Source: a virus
Taxonomy: Duplodnaviria; Caudoviricetes
Strand: one strand, 5' to 3'
DNA length: 64,000 nucleotides
Virus record (IMG/VR): IMGVR_UViG_3300044852_000015
Coordinates: 174,015-238,014 of that record
How positions within the stretch are numbered: position 1 is the first letter of the stretch; each line of letters opens with the position of its first letter. The notes beneath the pieces were generated by a model. It was not told where the DNA came from. It worked only from the letters and a program-made list of their open reading frames with translations, and ran no database searches. Shown piece by piece: positions 48,265 through 57,676 of this stretch. A program made the position numbers and the translations under genes.

Positions 48265-48968
48265 TACCGAACAGGACAGAACAAAGCAATGTCCACTAAC
48301 TGGAGATTCATGTACAGTTTGCTCGTGAACTCCAACATCTCGAAAGGAGACACCACACCCACACCCGGTACGGTAATGTCTTCTTCCGTGAACTCCACGT
48401 CTGCTGCACGCGCTGGTGCAAAGACAGTGATCGAGGGAATCACCTTGTCGATGAACCGCTGTTCCTGCAAACTCATCCAGTGGTTGAAGTCGTACAGGAT
48501 ATACGCCGAGTAGTCGGCATCCAAGAACGCTGGAGTGACTTCCTCAGGGGGTAACCAGACGTGCGACAACTGCACCTCGTTGTTGGTAAAGACTGAGAGT
48601 GCCGTTAGGTATGCCTCAATCTCATCGTCCGTCAAGATGTACGGGTAGAAATTGATAGTCAGCTTCACGTCAGAAACCAATGGAGTGTTGATTCGCTGGT
48701 CACAGAGATTCGCAAAGATGCTAGTCAATGACAAACACATACTGGTAGCCACAGAGCCCCGTAACGTCCAGACGTCCCGTTTGGCGTACTGTTCACGATA
48801 CTGGGCGTTAGTCACCTTACCGTAAGTGTACTTCTCGAAGTCGTCAGCCAGACGTGACCAATAGTGGTCAGTCATCATCGCAGCAGCACACTCAGGGTTC
48901 ACTCGTGCTAAGGTAGCAATCCGAGTGTCCAGCAGAGCATCAATCTCACAAAGGATGTTCTGATCCAT
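48264..48968 (-). CDS. Conserved hypothetical protein
   Basis: 234 aa, ILCEIDALLDTR N-terminus; TAATG coupling. Confidence 0.7.
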   Translation of the reverse strand: MDQNILCEIDALLDTRIATLARVNPECAAAMMTDHYWSRLADDFEKYTYGKVTNAQYREQYAKRDVWTLRGSVATSMCLSLTSIFANLCDQRINTPLVSDVKLTINFYPYILTDDEIEAYLTALSVFTNNEVQLSHVWLPPEEVTPAFLDADYSAYILYDFNHWMSLQEQRFIDKVIPSITVFAPARAADVEFTEEDITVPGVGVVSPFEMLEFTSKLYMNLQLVDIALFCPVR

Positions 48969-49441
48969 TACTCCTCCTCAGGTCGCTGACCAGCCAAGAC
49001 CACATCGAGATCCAGCAGGTCGATCAACAACACCAGCACCAACCACGGGTAGTTGGTCATGTAAGTAGTGAAGTTAGGCTTAGAGGCCATCCGTTCCAAC
49101 AGGTCTTCACCGATGGTTTGGTCTTCAGGTAAGGTGATGCTGGATTCGTAGTGGATAGTGAATGAATCAGCCAATCGGTCGATCAGTGACTTCCACTCTT
49201 CATCGCCCAGAATGAAGCGCATCTGCTGAGAACCACCGTGGACGAAGTCAACCAAGGCTTCCTTCTCACGGATGTGTTCCCACAGCTCTTCGATCTGAGT
49301 CGGAGTTGCCAGTTGATTCAGGCGAATGTCGTTCTGGAGGAAAAAAAGAAACTCCACCACATGCACCTTACCTTCGTCGTCCAACATCGCATTGAAGCGA
49401 CGTCGTAGTGCAGCGGTGATGTCATTCAGCAATTCTTTCAT
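48968..49441 (-). CDS. Hypothetical protein
   Basis: 157 aa; TAATG coupling. Confidence 0.7.
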   Translation of the reverse strand: MKELLNDITAALRRRFNAMLDDEGKVHVVEFLFFLQNDIRLNQLATPTQIEELWEHIREKEALVDFVHGGSQQMRFILGDEEWKSLIDRLADSFTIHYESSITLPEDQTIGEDLLERMASKPNFTTYMTNYPWLVLVLLIDLLDLDVVLAGQRPEEE

Positions 49442-50112
49442 TACTTGTCCAGTGTGTTATCGAGGTGAATGGTTTTAAGCAGGGTCGACAGGGTCGTCAC
49501 CGACTTAACCTTAGTGTTGAACTGAGCGAGGTACTCAATACTCACACCACCGTTCTCGATGATGGCACGGTTCATGGCGTTAAAGGCCTTGGCGTCACCA
49601 CCACGGAACTTGATCAGCTCAGTGATCGTTGCATCCAACCCTTGAGCAAACAACACCTGTAGTTCAGGGAAGGAGATCTTAGAACCTTTAGAGGGGCCGG
49701 TGGATTGGCCAGACAGTTCGTCGATGTGCTTGTTGTTTTCAGGGATGGTAGCTTTACTCTGCAACAACTGAACCTGACGACGCAGTGGTACGTCAATGAC
49801 CAGATACTTCACAGGAGTCTTGTAGACCTCACCGGTAGTCGGGTCGGTCAGGATCAGGTATTGGAAGAAGTCATGACCCAGCTCCTTAGCGATTGCCAAG
49901 TTACGTTGTAAGTCCAACTTCTGTTTCGACAGGTTCGGCGTCTTGATGGTCAGGATCTCAGTCCCGTCCTCTAGATTCTTCATAAACCGATCGAACTCAG
50001 CGTCTGACATCTCAGCCAAACGTTTCACGTAGAACGCGGTATTCGGGCTACCGGGTAGGATCTTCTCGATGTACTTCAAGATCATATCGGTAGCAGCTTT
50101 ACGATTGCCCAT
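49441..50112 (-). CDS. Virion RNA polymerase beta subunit, C-terminal fragment (phiKZ gp149-like)
   Basis: SGQSTGPSKGSKISFPELQVLFAQGL..TITELIKFRGGD resembles RpoB region I (TQQP..GGQRFGEMEVWALEAYG..LQEMLTVKSDD). Confidence 0.8.
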   Translation of the reverse strand: MGNRKAATDMILKYIEKILPGSPNTAFYVKRLAEMSDAEFDRFMKNLEDGTEILTIKTPNLSKQKLDLQRNLAIAKELGHDFFQYLILTDPTTGEVYKTPVKYLVIDVPLRRQVQLLQSKATIPENNKHIDELSGQSTGPSKGSKISFPELQVLFAQGLDATITELIKFRGGDAKAFNAMNRAIIENGGVSIEYLAQFNTKVKSVTTLSTLLKTIHLDNTLDK

Positions 50113-50142
50113 GATGAGTGTCCTAATTAGTTCCCTATAGGA

Positions 50143-50745
50143 TCACTCATTGAGAACGAACTTAAGGTAAGACAGACCGTGTGCGTAGGCCAATGTAGAG
50201 AAGTGAGACTGGTGCGTAGTGCACTGGGTAGCCATCCGTCGGGAGGTAAACTCCACAGCATGGGTACATTGTTTCAGGAGGTGATCCAACGCTTCTTGGG
50301 CTTCTACATTGTCTCTTGATAACCGCACGCCATGGTGGGGTAGGCGTTGACGGGTTACGCAGTACGTCATTGCGTTGACAAACTCATTGCTACCTGACAT
50401 GTGAACCACAGCACCGACACGCGGCAACTCAGGGTCCCAGCCAAGGTCTTTCAATAAACACAGCACGGTGTTCTCAATCGTCACCATGTCCCCAACGAAA
50501 TCTGAGCAGTACACCAGAAGGTGGATGATGTCGTAAAGGCCACGGGTTTGGTACCGTACTTCAAACGAAGGCATTGCGTCGTTACATTCGCGCGAACTGC
50601 TAACACTGTGGGCTAACGTTTGATCTAGACCTTCAAACGTGTCCTCTCCCTCGTGCTTCCGGTTGTTGGCCGCAGCGAGCGATAAAGCGAATACGTCGAT
50701 GCCTCCATTGGGTGTGAAGAAGCGACTCAGGAAATCAGTGTCCAT
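50143..50745 (-). CDS. Hypothetical protein
   Basis: 200-aa ORF. Confidence 0.6.
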   Translation of the reverse strand: MDTDFLSRFFTPNGGIDVFALSLAAANNRKHEGEDTFEGLDQTLAHSVSSSRECNDAMPSFEVRYQTRGLYDIIHLLVYCSDFVGDMVTIENTVLCLLKDLGWDPELPRVGAVVHMSGSNEFVNAMTYCVTRQRLPHHGVRLSRDNVEAQEALDHLLKQCTHAVEFTSRRMATQCTTHQSHFSTLAYAHGLSYLKFVLNE

Positions 50746-50750
50746 GTTGG

Positions 50751-51029
50751 TTATTTCCAGGCGGGCAACCCGTAGGCCGCAATCGTTGGAGCTACGTGTT
50801 TGTTAAACAGACGTAGCCATTCGCGTTCCGAAACATCATCCATCAGGCACTCGCGTTCAGCAATGGTGGAGCATGACAACTGACCCAACTGAACCCGCAG
50901 GTAGTTGTTGAGGTGTGTCACTGGATTGACATTCACCGCCGCTCCCGGTGTGTGTTGGGAGAGTTTGTTTGCTGCATCGTTACTGTGTTTACTCAAGCAT
51001 TGTACAACTGAATCGAAAAAGGAATTCAT
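50751..51029 (-). CDS. Hypothetical protein
   Basis: 92 aa, GAGG SD. Confidence 0.6.
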   Translation of the reverse strand: MNSFFDSVVQCLSKHSNDAANKLSQHTPGAAVNVNPVTHLNNYLRVQLGQLSCSTIAERECLMDDVSEREWLRLFNKHVAPTIAAYGLPAWK

Positions 51030-51104
51030 TCTTTAAGCCTCAAAAGTTAGTTTAGGGGACACCACCTATATAGTTACCTCACTATATTAAGAATTACTGA
51101 AGAC

Positions 51105-51138
51105 AAAAAAATAACCCGCTGAGAAAGCCGGGTTATTG
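51105..51138 (-). terminator. Canonical intrinsic terminator of an early operon
   Basis: Minus strand AATAACCCG...CGGGTTATT followed by a U-tract. Confidence 0.7.
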
Positions 51139-51140
51139 GT

Positions 51141-51524
51141 TTAGGAGATGCGATCTTGGATCGCTTGGATCTCAAGTCCAATCTCTGAAACTCGACTACT
51201 GAATCGTTCAGCAATGCGCCCGATGCGATCAGCTTGATGTTGCCGAAGCTTTTCAATCCGGATACAGTGTTGAATGTCCTCGGCGACTTGAGTCGTAGCG
51301 TCCATCCAGAAGTACATCATGAGTACGTTCCAGTTAAGGATCGAGGCGATGCTGTGAGTCAGTAGCGTGATCATGTTCTCTTCGGTGTAGGGCATGTCGG
51401 AACTCTTCACCACTGCATCAGACAACTCGCGCAGGCGAGCGATCTTCTTGCGAAGCTGTCCGAGTTCGATCATTTTGACATTGATCAGAATGCGTCCAGC
51501 ATTGTATTGGGCATCAGTTACCAT
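51141..51524 (-). CDS. Hypothetical early protein
   Basis: 127 aa, GGAG SD. Confidence 0.65.
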   Translation of the reverse strand: MVTDAQYNAGRILINVKMIELGQLRKKIARLRELSDAVVKSSDMPYTEENMITLLTHSIASILNWNVLMMYFWMDATTQVAEDIQHCIRIEKLRQHQADRIGRIAERFSSRVSEIGLEIQAIQDRIS

Positions 51525-51561
51525 TTCAGTTCTCCACAGAACATTAGATTATTGTTGCGAC

Positions 51562-51780
51562 TTACCAAACTCGGGTGTTGCTCCACAGCGAGGTGTTGCC
51601 CCAATCGTTGTAAGTGCGAGCCAAGTCTTCAATCGCAATGTCCTCAACATCCAACCGATTGGAGACGGTGTTGTTTACACAACCATCATCGCCATCGGTG
51701 AAGTCCAGTTCACACAGGGTTACCACTTCACCGCTGATAACCATAACGTTGCCAGCTAGGTTCTTTCTTTTGTACCACAT
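51562..51780 (-). CDS. Hypothetical early protein
   Basis: 72 aa with the shared GAGAACTGAA leader. Confidence 0.55.
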   Translation of the reverse strand: MWYKRKNLAGNVMVISGEVVTLCELDFTDGDDGCVNNTVSNRLDVEDIAIEDLARTYNDWGNTSLWSNTRVW

Positions 51781-51809
51781 AGTTCAGTTCTCTTCTTAGA
51801 GTTATTGGA

Positions 51810-52100
51810 TTAGGCAGCCTGAGCAGGAACGATCAGAGCAGTGTACCGCTTCAACATAACTTCACGACGACCTTGGTCCCGGTTGATCACGTCGAGGTCA
51901 TATTTCAGGGAGCCGATGTAGATGTCCAGAATAGGACCGGCTGGGTCTTCTTTGCGAGCACGACGGATCTCGTCGAACTTGCGCCAGTAGATGATGTTCT
52001 CAGCCGCAGTCATGCGGTTGTGTTCAGCCATTGCTTGTTCCAGCAGGGTGTACGATTGAGCTTGCAGAGCTTGAGTAACCAGGGAGGCGAAAGTAGACAT
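51810..52100 (-). CDS. Hypothetical early protein
   Basis: 96 aa, AAGGA SD. Confidence 0.65.
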   Translation of the reverse strand: MSTFASLVTQALQAQSYTLLEQAMAEHNRMTAAENIIYWRKFDEIRRARKEDPAGPILDIYIGSLKYDLDVINRDQGRREVMLKRYTALIVPAQAA

Positions 52101-52167
52101 GGTGTAATTCCTTCTAAGGATTGGTAGATTAGGGTTGCCCTCCGAAGAGGGCTGCGTTACGGATTGC

Positions 52168-52755
52168 TTAGCAGGCAGTCCACTCGTTGTTACCGAGGAT
52201 CTGGAGTGCCTTTTCTTCAGTGACCGGGTTCTTGATGATCAAGGTATCGGAACGCAACGACCGTCCCAACACGTAGTAATCATCACCGAAGTTCGTCAGC
52301 ATGTTGGTACGACCGTCGTCGTCCAGGAACAGGAAGTAGCGCGAAGCTTCTACCCGACCAGCCAACAATGCCATCTCCAACTCACGAACCACAGTTGGGT
52401 TCAGCTCCCAGATTGGTGCTGGGGCTTTACCGAACTCGACCACCATCAGAATCTTGAAGGAGTCGTTGTTGCGGTTGAACACCTCAACAGCTTCTTCGAT
52501 GTTCTGACCCACAGTACCACGGAAGCGGTGTGGGATCATCTTGGTGCTCCAGATCGACGGAGTGACCTGATCGTTCTCTCCGAACAGGACACGCAGTTCC
52601 CCATCAGCACGCGGTAACAGCACCAGTGCCGGAGTACCAGAGAGGTTCTCCACCAGACCGAACTGACAGTGTTCGATCACCTTACCATCAACGATGATGG
52701 AGGTTTGCTTGCGGAGGAAGTCCATAGCAGGTTTCAGTTTGAGCAGTGCAGACAT
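52168..52755 (-). CDS. Hypothetical early protein
   Basis: 195 aa, first gene after an early promoter, AGGAG SD. Confidence 0.7.
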   Translation of the reverse strand: MSALLKLKPAMDFLRKQTSIIVDGKVIEHCQFGLVENLSGTPALVLLPRADGELRVLFGENDQVTPSIWSTKMIPHRFRGTVGQNIEEAVEVFNRNNDSFKILMVVEFGKAPAPIWELNPTVVRELEMALLAGRVEASRYFLFLDDDGRTNMLTNFGDDYYVLGRSLRSDTLIIKNPVTEEKALQILGNNEWTAC

Positions 52756-52788
52756 TTTCAGTTCTCCTAAGAACTATAGATAGATTAA

Positions 52789-52849
52789 GAACAAGATTTG
52801 TTATCCTATTCACTTTGGTAATATATATCTGAGATTTTTTTAATTCGAA
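52789..52849 (-). promoter_or_regulatory. phiKZ-type early promoter with leader
   Basis: TTCGAATTAAAAAAATCTCAGATATATATTACCAAAGTG, core 52825-52818. Confidence 0.8.
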
Positions 52850-52851
52850 CA

Positions 52852-52884
52852 GACGGCATAAAAGCCTAACCCGAAGGTTAGGCC
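52852..52884 (-). terminator. Hairpin terminator with TTTTATGCCGT tail
   Basis: Minus strand GGCCTAACC-TTCG-GGTTAGGCT-TTTATGCCGTC. Confidence 0.8.
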
Positions 52885-52891
52885 TCTATTC

Positions 52892-53095
52892 TTACGGACA
52901 GTGCCAACTCATCCAGACCGTGTTGCCAACTCCGTCGCTGTACAGACGTCCAGCCTCACTCTCGTCGATCAGTTTCCAAGGCTCGCCAGATTCTGAACAA
53001 ACCCCTTCGTTCCATGCATCCACTTCTGCGGAACATGTTAACCATGCCCCAAGGATGAGTACACCTACCACCAACGCCAGTATGAACCATTCCAT
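52892..53095 (-). CDS. Small membrane-anchored protein
   Basis: N-terminal TM segment, WNEGVC...PW...DES..GRLY motif; AGGAG SD. Confidence 0.65.
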   Translation of the reverse strand: MEWFILALVVGVLILGAWLTCSAEVDAWNEGVCSESGEPWKLIDESEAGRLYSDGVGNTVWMSWHCP

Positions 53096-53108
53096 CTGTA
53101 AGCTCCTT

Positions 53109-53276
53109 TTATTGTTTTCTTGGCAGACACAACCTTAGTACGCCACCCAGATCAATCAGGCGTCGTTCCAGTCGAGCTTTAGTAAACTCCCAGAACGTTC
53201 GTCGATCTTCAGTCACCAGATTGTAGCACTTGTCTTTCAGTTCAACACGCTTTACGCAACCCGGACGGAAGTCCAT
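53109..53276 (-). CDS. Hypothetical 55-aa protein (not in ORF track)
   Basis: TAATG overlap with the uvsX stop; MDFRPGCVKRVELKDK...; fills the gap. Confidence 0.5.
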   Translation of the reverse strand: MDFRPGCVKRVELKDKCYNLVTEDRRTFWEFTKARLERRLIDLGGVLRLCLPRKQ

Positions 53277-54679
53277 TACGCTGCCGCCTTAACAGTACCT
53301 TTGTACCAGTACGGAGTGTACTCGCCCTTGGCCATACGCAACAGGTCGAAGGTCGACAAGAAGTTCTTCGGGTTCTTGTTCTCTTCGAAGTCCCAGTAGC
53401 CGCGAGTGTCGAGGATCTCGTCCCAGTTGTAACCCAGGGCTTTGATCTTCTCGTACAGGTCTTTGGGTTCCATCAGGTAGCCACGGGTCTGTACAAACCC
53501 AAGGTTTTCCATCTGACACATCTCAGACATGATTTCCAGAGCACGACCCAAACGAGGGTTATCACGGATCTTGCCGCGCACGGTAGTACGTTGCATGGTG
53601 ATCTCTGGACACAGCTCGATGTAGTACGCACGGTCGTGGCCACCAATACCGTACTTGAAGAACTTGCAGTAGTTGAACTCAGTCATCCCAACCAGCAAAC
53701 CTTCACGCTGGGAGTAGATCACTTCAAACGGCATCCCTGTAGGGCCGCTCTTAGCTCGCAGGTTCTGAATGACCAGCAAGTTAAGGTCGGTGTCGCCTTC
53801 CAAGTTGTCTTCAGGTCCAGCCGGGAACTCAGGAGCTTTGGTCGCCTTGTTCTGGAGTACCGTAACGCTGTTGCAGTACCACAGGTTGTTCGTGAGGAAC
53901 GTAAACTTCTCAGGAACGTTCTTGAAGACGTTCTTCCCTTTAAGGAAGGCCAACTTCTTCGGATCAGGTGCGTACTGATCGAGTTGATGCTTGTCGCCCA
54001 CGTGTGCAGTTGCAATCACGAGGTTGTTGGCACCCGCCGTCAGGTTCGGCAATTGCATCAGCATTTGCGTTTTGGCAGCAGCAGAACGCAAGGCGTCAGT
54101 GTTGGCGCCGGAGTCACCGATCTCGTTCTTGTCGTAGATGCCTTCGACCGAGTCAGTGATAAACATACTGAGGGAGTCGATCTCGAACAAGTGCGGGAAG
54201 ATCGCTTTGATGTACTCACCTTTGTTGTCGATGAACGGCATGGTCTTCGACAGCGACTTGGCTTCTTTCTTTTTGAGGTTCGACATGTCACGGAACTTGT
54301 CAAACCACTTGTTACCCGACACCATGGTGGAGTCGGTCAAGATCATCTTCTTGAGTTCGACTAGGTCTTCACCCATCAACTCAGGGAACTGCATCGCCAA
54401 CTGGTACAGACGTTCGAGAGTCATCGACGTCTCGGTATCGTAGAAGTTAGCTTTAGCCATGTAGCGGGCCATGATCCGTAGAATCATGAAGTGGGCAATC
54501 AAAGACTTACCCATGTTACCCCGGCCAGCAATACCGGTGAACGAGGCCAGACCACCACACAGGATCATCTCCCCGTGTTTACCTTGGTAGTAACGTCCTG
54601 TCGGAATGTCAAACAGGCAGCCCAAGTTAAAGATTGGGCGCAAGCGTGGTGCCTGTTCGAAAAAGTCGTCTAATTCCAT
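53276..54679 (-). CDS. uvsX: RecA/UvsX-like recombinase (phiKZ gp152-like)
   Basis: Walker A GRGNMGKS, FYDTETS, FEIDSLS, ATAH; RecA-type motif order. Confidence 0.85.
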   Translation of the reverse strand: MELDDFFEQAPRLRPIFNLGCLFDIPTGRYYQGKHGEMILCGGLASFTGIAGRGNMGKSLIAHFMILRIMARYMAKANFYDTETSMTLERLYQLAMQFPELMGEDLVELKKMILTDSTMVSGNKWFDKFRDMSNLKKKEAKSLSKTMPFIDNKGEYIKAIFPHLFEIDSLSMFITDSVEGIYDKNEIGDSGANTDALRSAAAKTQMLMQLPNLTAGANNLVIATAHVGDKHQLDQYAPDPKKLAFLKGKNVFKNVPEKFTFLTNNLWYCNSVTVLQNKATKAPEFPAGPEDNLEGDTDLNLLVIQNLRAKSGPTGMPFEVIYSQREGLLVGMTEFNYCKFFKYGIGGHDRAYYIELCPEITMQRTTVRGKIRDNPRLGRALEIMSEMCQMENLGFVQTRGYLMEPKDLYEKIKALGYNWDEILDTRGYWDFEENKNPKNFLSTFDLLRMAKGEYTPYWYKGTVKAAA

Positions 54680-54793
54680 GTTTTACTCGCTGCTGTGAAT
54701 GGAAAAATAATTGTTTAAACTCATTTGATACGTCCCGTGAGTTTAATTTTATGTGTCTTTGCTCAACCGAGCTTTCCCACTTAAGGTGACCCC

Positions 54794-55606
54794 ATGCAAA
54801 TCTCTTTAGAACAACAGGCCAGTGTCCTGTCAATGGAGGCGTTTAACCTACGTGCTTCTCTGACTGCACTGACCAAAGTCTTCCCTGCGTACGCTCGTGG
54901 CATTGGCGACACTATCAGTTCGTATCTGGCCAACGACCAAATGTCGATCCCGTTGGTTAAGGTTGACAAGAAAGCCGGCATCGCTAAATCGGTGGACTAC
55001 TCAGCCCATCGTAAGACGCCGATCTACGGGCCTGCTGGTTTGCAGACCACGTACCTGAACTACCTCGATGCTGTAGAAGGCTCTGTAGCGCTTGCTAAGG
55101 AAGTCTACGCTCAACAACTGGTACCGTTCAACGCGTGGATCGGAAACCTCTTGGGTGACCCTGAGTCGCTCAGCACCATCGCTGTCAAGCAGGACGTGTT
55201 GAAATTCGACGAGTCCGACATCGACAAGTGCAAGAAGGCTCTGGAGAAATGCGTTAACCGCGCCAGCTCCCAGACCAAACACGAGTACGGTAAACTCGTG
55301 AAGCAGAACGCTGAATGGGACGAGATCCTGTCAAAGACCAATCAACTGGTCGTGGGTTACCAAACCGTCAACCGCACTGCGGTACTGAACGAAGTGGACA
55401 CCCTCAACGAACAACTACTCAAGCTGGCTCAACGTATCCAAGAAGAACCAGAAGTCTACAAGGCTTCGGGTATCACCATCTCGGAACTGGCTAAGCGCTG
55501 CCTGGTGGTCGCTCGCTCGGTGGAATTCTACTCGATCACTGGTTACTTGATGACTGAATTGTCCAGTACGGTTCAGACGTCGGTCGATGCGTTGAAGCGC
55601 TTGTAA
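54794..55606 (+). CDS. Virion head protein with short propeptide (phiKZ gp153-like)
   Basis: N-terminal ISLE and LSME protease motifs; 270 aa. Confidence 0.65.
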   Translation: MQISLEQQASVLSMEAFNLRASLTALTKVFPAYARGIGDTISSYLANDQMSIPLVKVDKKAGIAKSVDYSAHRKTPIYGPAGLQTTYLNYLDAVEGSVALAKEVYAQQLVPFNAWIGNLLGDPESLSTIAVKQDVLKFDESDIDKCKKALEKCVNRASSQTKHEYGKLVKQNAEWDEILSKTNQLVVGYQTVNRTAVLNEVDTLNEQLLKLAQRIQEEPEVYKASGITISELAKRCLVVARSVEFYSITGYLMTELSSTVQTSVDALKRL

Positions 55607-55660
55607 GCGTCATAAAGACTGACTACCCGGCTGAGGCTAGGTAGTCAGTCCACTATGCTG
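55607..55660. terminator. Bidirectional terminator, CATA/TATGC class
   Basis: GTCATAAA-GACTGACTACC...GGTAGTCAGTC-CACTATGC. Confidence 0.8.
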
Positions 55661-55666
55661 GCTGTT

Positions 55667-56074
55667 TCAGGCCAACCCCAACCGCGCCGTTTGAATGACA
55701 GTTCGGGCATCTTCTACCATTTTGGCAGTGTCGCCGTACTGCATCCACGTGGGCATTGCTTGCACTACCTGATCAGCACCCGCTAGAAGCGAACCACAGG
55801 CAACAGCTTTGTCCAAGTCACAGTTCCGCCAAATCCGTTTGGAGAATAGAGCTGGAATCTCAAGAGCCTCAGCACAAGAAGCCAAATTCATCTTCTCATT
55901 CAGCAGTTCAAGATCTTTCAACTCGGTGTGGGAGAGTTGCTTCAGACCGGCAAAAAGACTAACCACAAAGAATAGTCTCTTCCCGTACCGTGGCAACCCC
56001 ACCCGCAAGAGACGAGACAGTAGCCTTTGGTTAAGGCGACTTACCCGCTCCGTGATGGAGGTAATAGGGTTCAT
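55667..56074 (-). CDS. Hypothetical protein
   Basis: 135-aa ORF. Confidence 0.65.
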   Translation of the reverse strand: MNPITSITERVSRLNQRLLSRLLRVGLPRYGKRLFFVVSLFAGLKQLSHTELKDLELLNEKMNLASCAEALEIPALFSKRIWRNCDLDKAVACGSLLAGADQVVQAMPTWMQYGDTAKMVEDARTVIQTARLGLA

Positions 56075-56088
56075 AGGGCGTTCTCAGT

Positions 56089-57621
56089 TCAACTGGTCAA
56101 TAGACAAATGTTGGAATAAATACCAGCCCAAATACCAATGTCGTCGTCCGTCTGAATGATGGTAGCGTAACGGAAGGCCGTGTCGCTCTCACGCCAAGTG
56201 ATCAAATGGACTTTGGGATTCAAGGCCGCCAACGCCGATAGCGTATTACGGTTTGCGATGTCAATCCCGATCGTGACCGGGAGTTTAAACACACCCGCCT
56301 TCACTCCTGTGTCATACGCCGCTTCAATCTCCAGACGTTTCACCGTGCTGTTAATTGCAGGAAGTAACTTCGTCACAGGTTTCTTCTTCGCGGTATTTAC
56401 CTCATACAGTAGACCTGTAATGTCATTAACAATGACGCCCTTAGAAGCAGGGTCGGCAATGTAGTCGATCAACATGCTTTCCATGACGCCCATCTGCTGC
56501 ATCACACGGAAGGCAATACGTGGCGGACGGAGTTCTTTCGTCAGGAGCAGGTTATTCGGCGTGAACAGATCCATCTTGCCGTAGTTGTGTTGATGGAGGA
56601 ACTTGTCCCCATAACGCTCCAACTCGGTGTAGACCTTAGCCGAAGTGATGTTGCTGAGACGACCAATGACCATGCTGTTGAAGCCACCGGTATCCAAAGC
56701 ATCTTGGTGTGCGGTGATCATTTCCAGTACAGGGTTACGTTCTTTGAGGAACAGGACCGAGAAGGAAGCCGAGCTGACAGGCTTGCCTACGAAATCGTCT
56801 TCTGCACCGTGTTCACCGAGGTAGTAGACCACACGACCATCCGGACTCTTCTGAGTACCGCCCACATTGGTATTGAAATACCAGTAGGGGTGAGAGATCA
56901 TGCGGTTGTAGTCGGCCTTGAAGCTCCAGTAACCTTTTGCTTCAACCAGTTCAATAGAACGAATCGACAAACCTTTCTTACCGGCAATCACTGCCGATGT
57001 CGCCAGCAGATCCACTGCATCGTTACCGAGATCACCACTGTGACCACGAACCCAACGCGTGAAGATCTGTGTACCCCGACCTTCGAGGATACGTTTGGCT
57101 TCAACCACTTTCTGCCACAGCTCAGCGTTTGCCACTGGTGTGGTGTCAGGGCGAACCCAATTGTTGGCTGCCCATTTAGCCGACCAGTTCATCAGGCCGT
57201 TCAGGGCATACTTGCTGTCGATCACCAACATGATCGTTTCCACTCGCTCGTCGATGGCGACCTGTAAGGCTTCCAACAAACCAGTGACTTCGGCGATGTT
57301 GTTAGTCGACTCCGGAATTTGCGAACCGTACCCGTCTACGTAACGCAATGGTGTAACGAGTTTGATCTGAGGGTCAACGAAATGTTCGACCTCAGCATCG
57401 CGGTCAGCAGACTTGTAGTTGTAGAAGGAACTCCCCACAGCTCCTTCCACCGCTTCGATGTACCCGAAGTTAGTGACTTGTTGGGGACACCCAGTACCTT
57501 GTTTTCCTTTCTCGGTAGTATAGATGTATCCGTGGATACCCCAGCCACCAACGCCGCGAGACGGCTTACAACCACCGTCAGTGTAGATCACGGCGTGAAG
57601 GCTTGCTTCCTCTTTGCTCAT
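56089..57621 (-). CDS. rnhA: Ribonuclease HI with long C-terminal extension (phiKZ gp155-like)
   Basis: IYTDGGC, STNNIAEV, IDSKYAL, NAELW, WVRGHSGDLGNDAVDLLA. Confidence 0.92.
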   Translation of the reverse strand: MSKEEASLHAVIYTDGGCKPSRGVGGWGIHGYIYTTEKGKQGTGCPQQVTNFGYIEAVEGAVGSSFYNYKSADRDAEVEHFVDPQIKLVTPLRYVDGYGSQIPESTNNIAEVTGLLEALQVAIDERVETIMLVIDSKYALNGLMNWSAKWAANNWVRPDTTPVANAELWQKVVEAKRILEGRGTQIFTRWVRGHSGDLGNDAVDLLATSAVIAGKKGLSIRSIELVEAKGYWSFKADYNRMISHPYWYFNTNVGGTQKSPDGRVVYYLGEHGAEDDFVGKPVSSASFSVLFLKERNPVLEMITAHQDALDTGGFNSMVIGRLSNITSAKVYTELERYGDKFLHQHNYGKMDLFTPNNLLLTKELRPPRIAFRVMQQMGVMESMLIDYIADPASKGVIVNDITGLLYEVNTAKKKPVTKLLPAINSTVKRLEIEAAYDTGVKAGVFKLPVTIGIDIANRNTLSALAALNPKVHLITWRESDTAFRYATIIQTDDDIGIWAGIYSNICLLTS

Positions 57622-57676
57622 CGGGTTGTTCCTAAAAGTTAGTTCTTCTCAAGAGATTCGTGGTGACCGTAATTAC

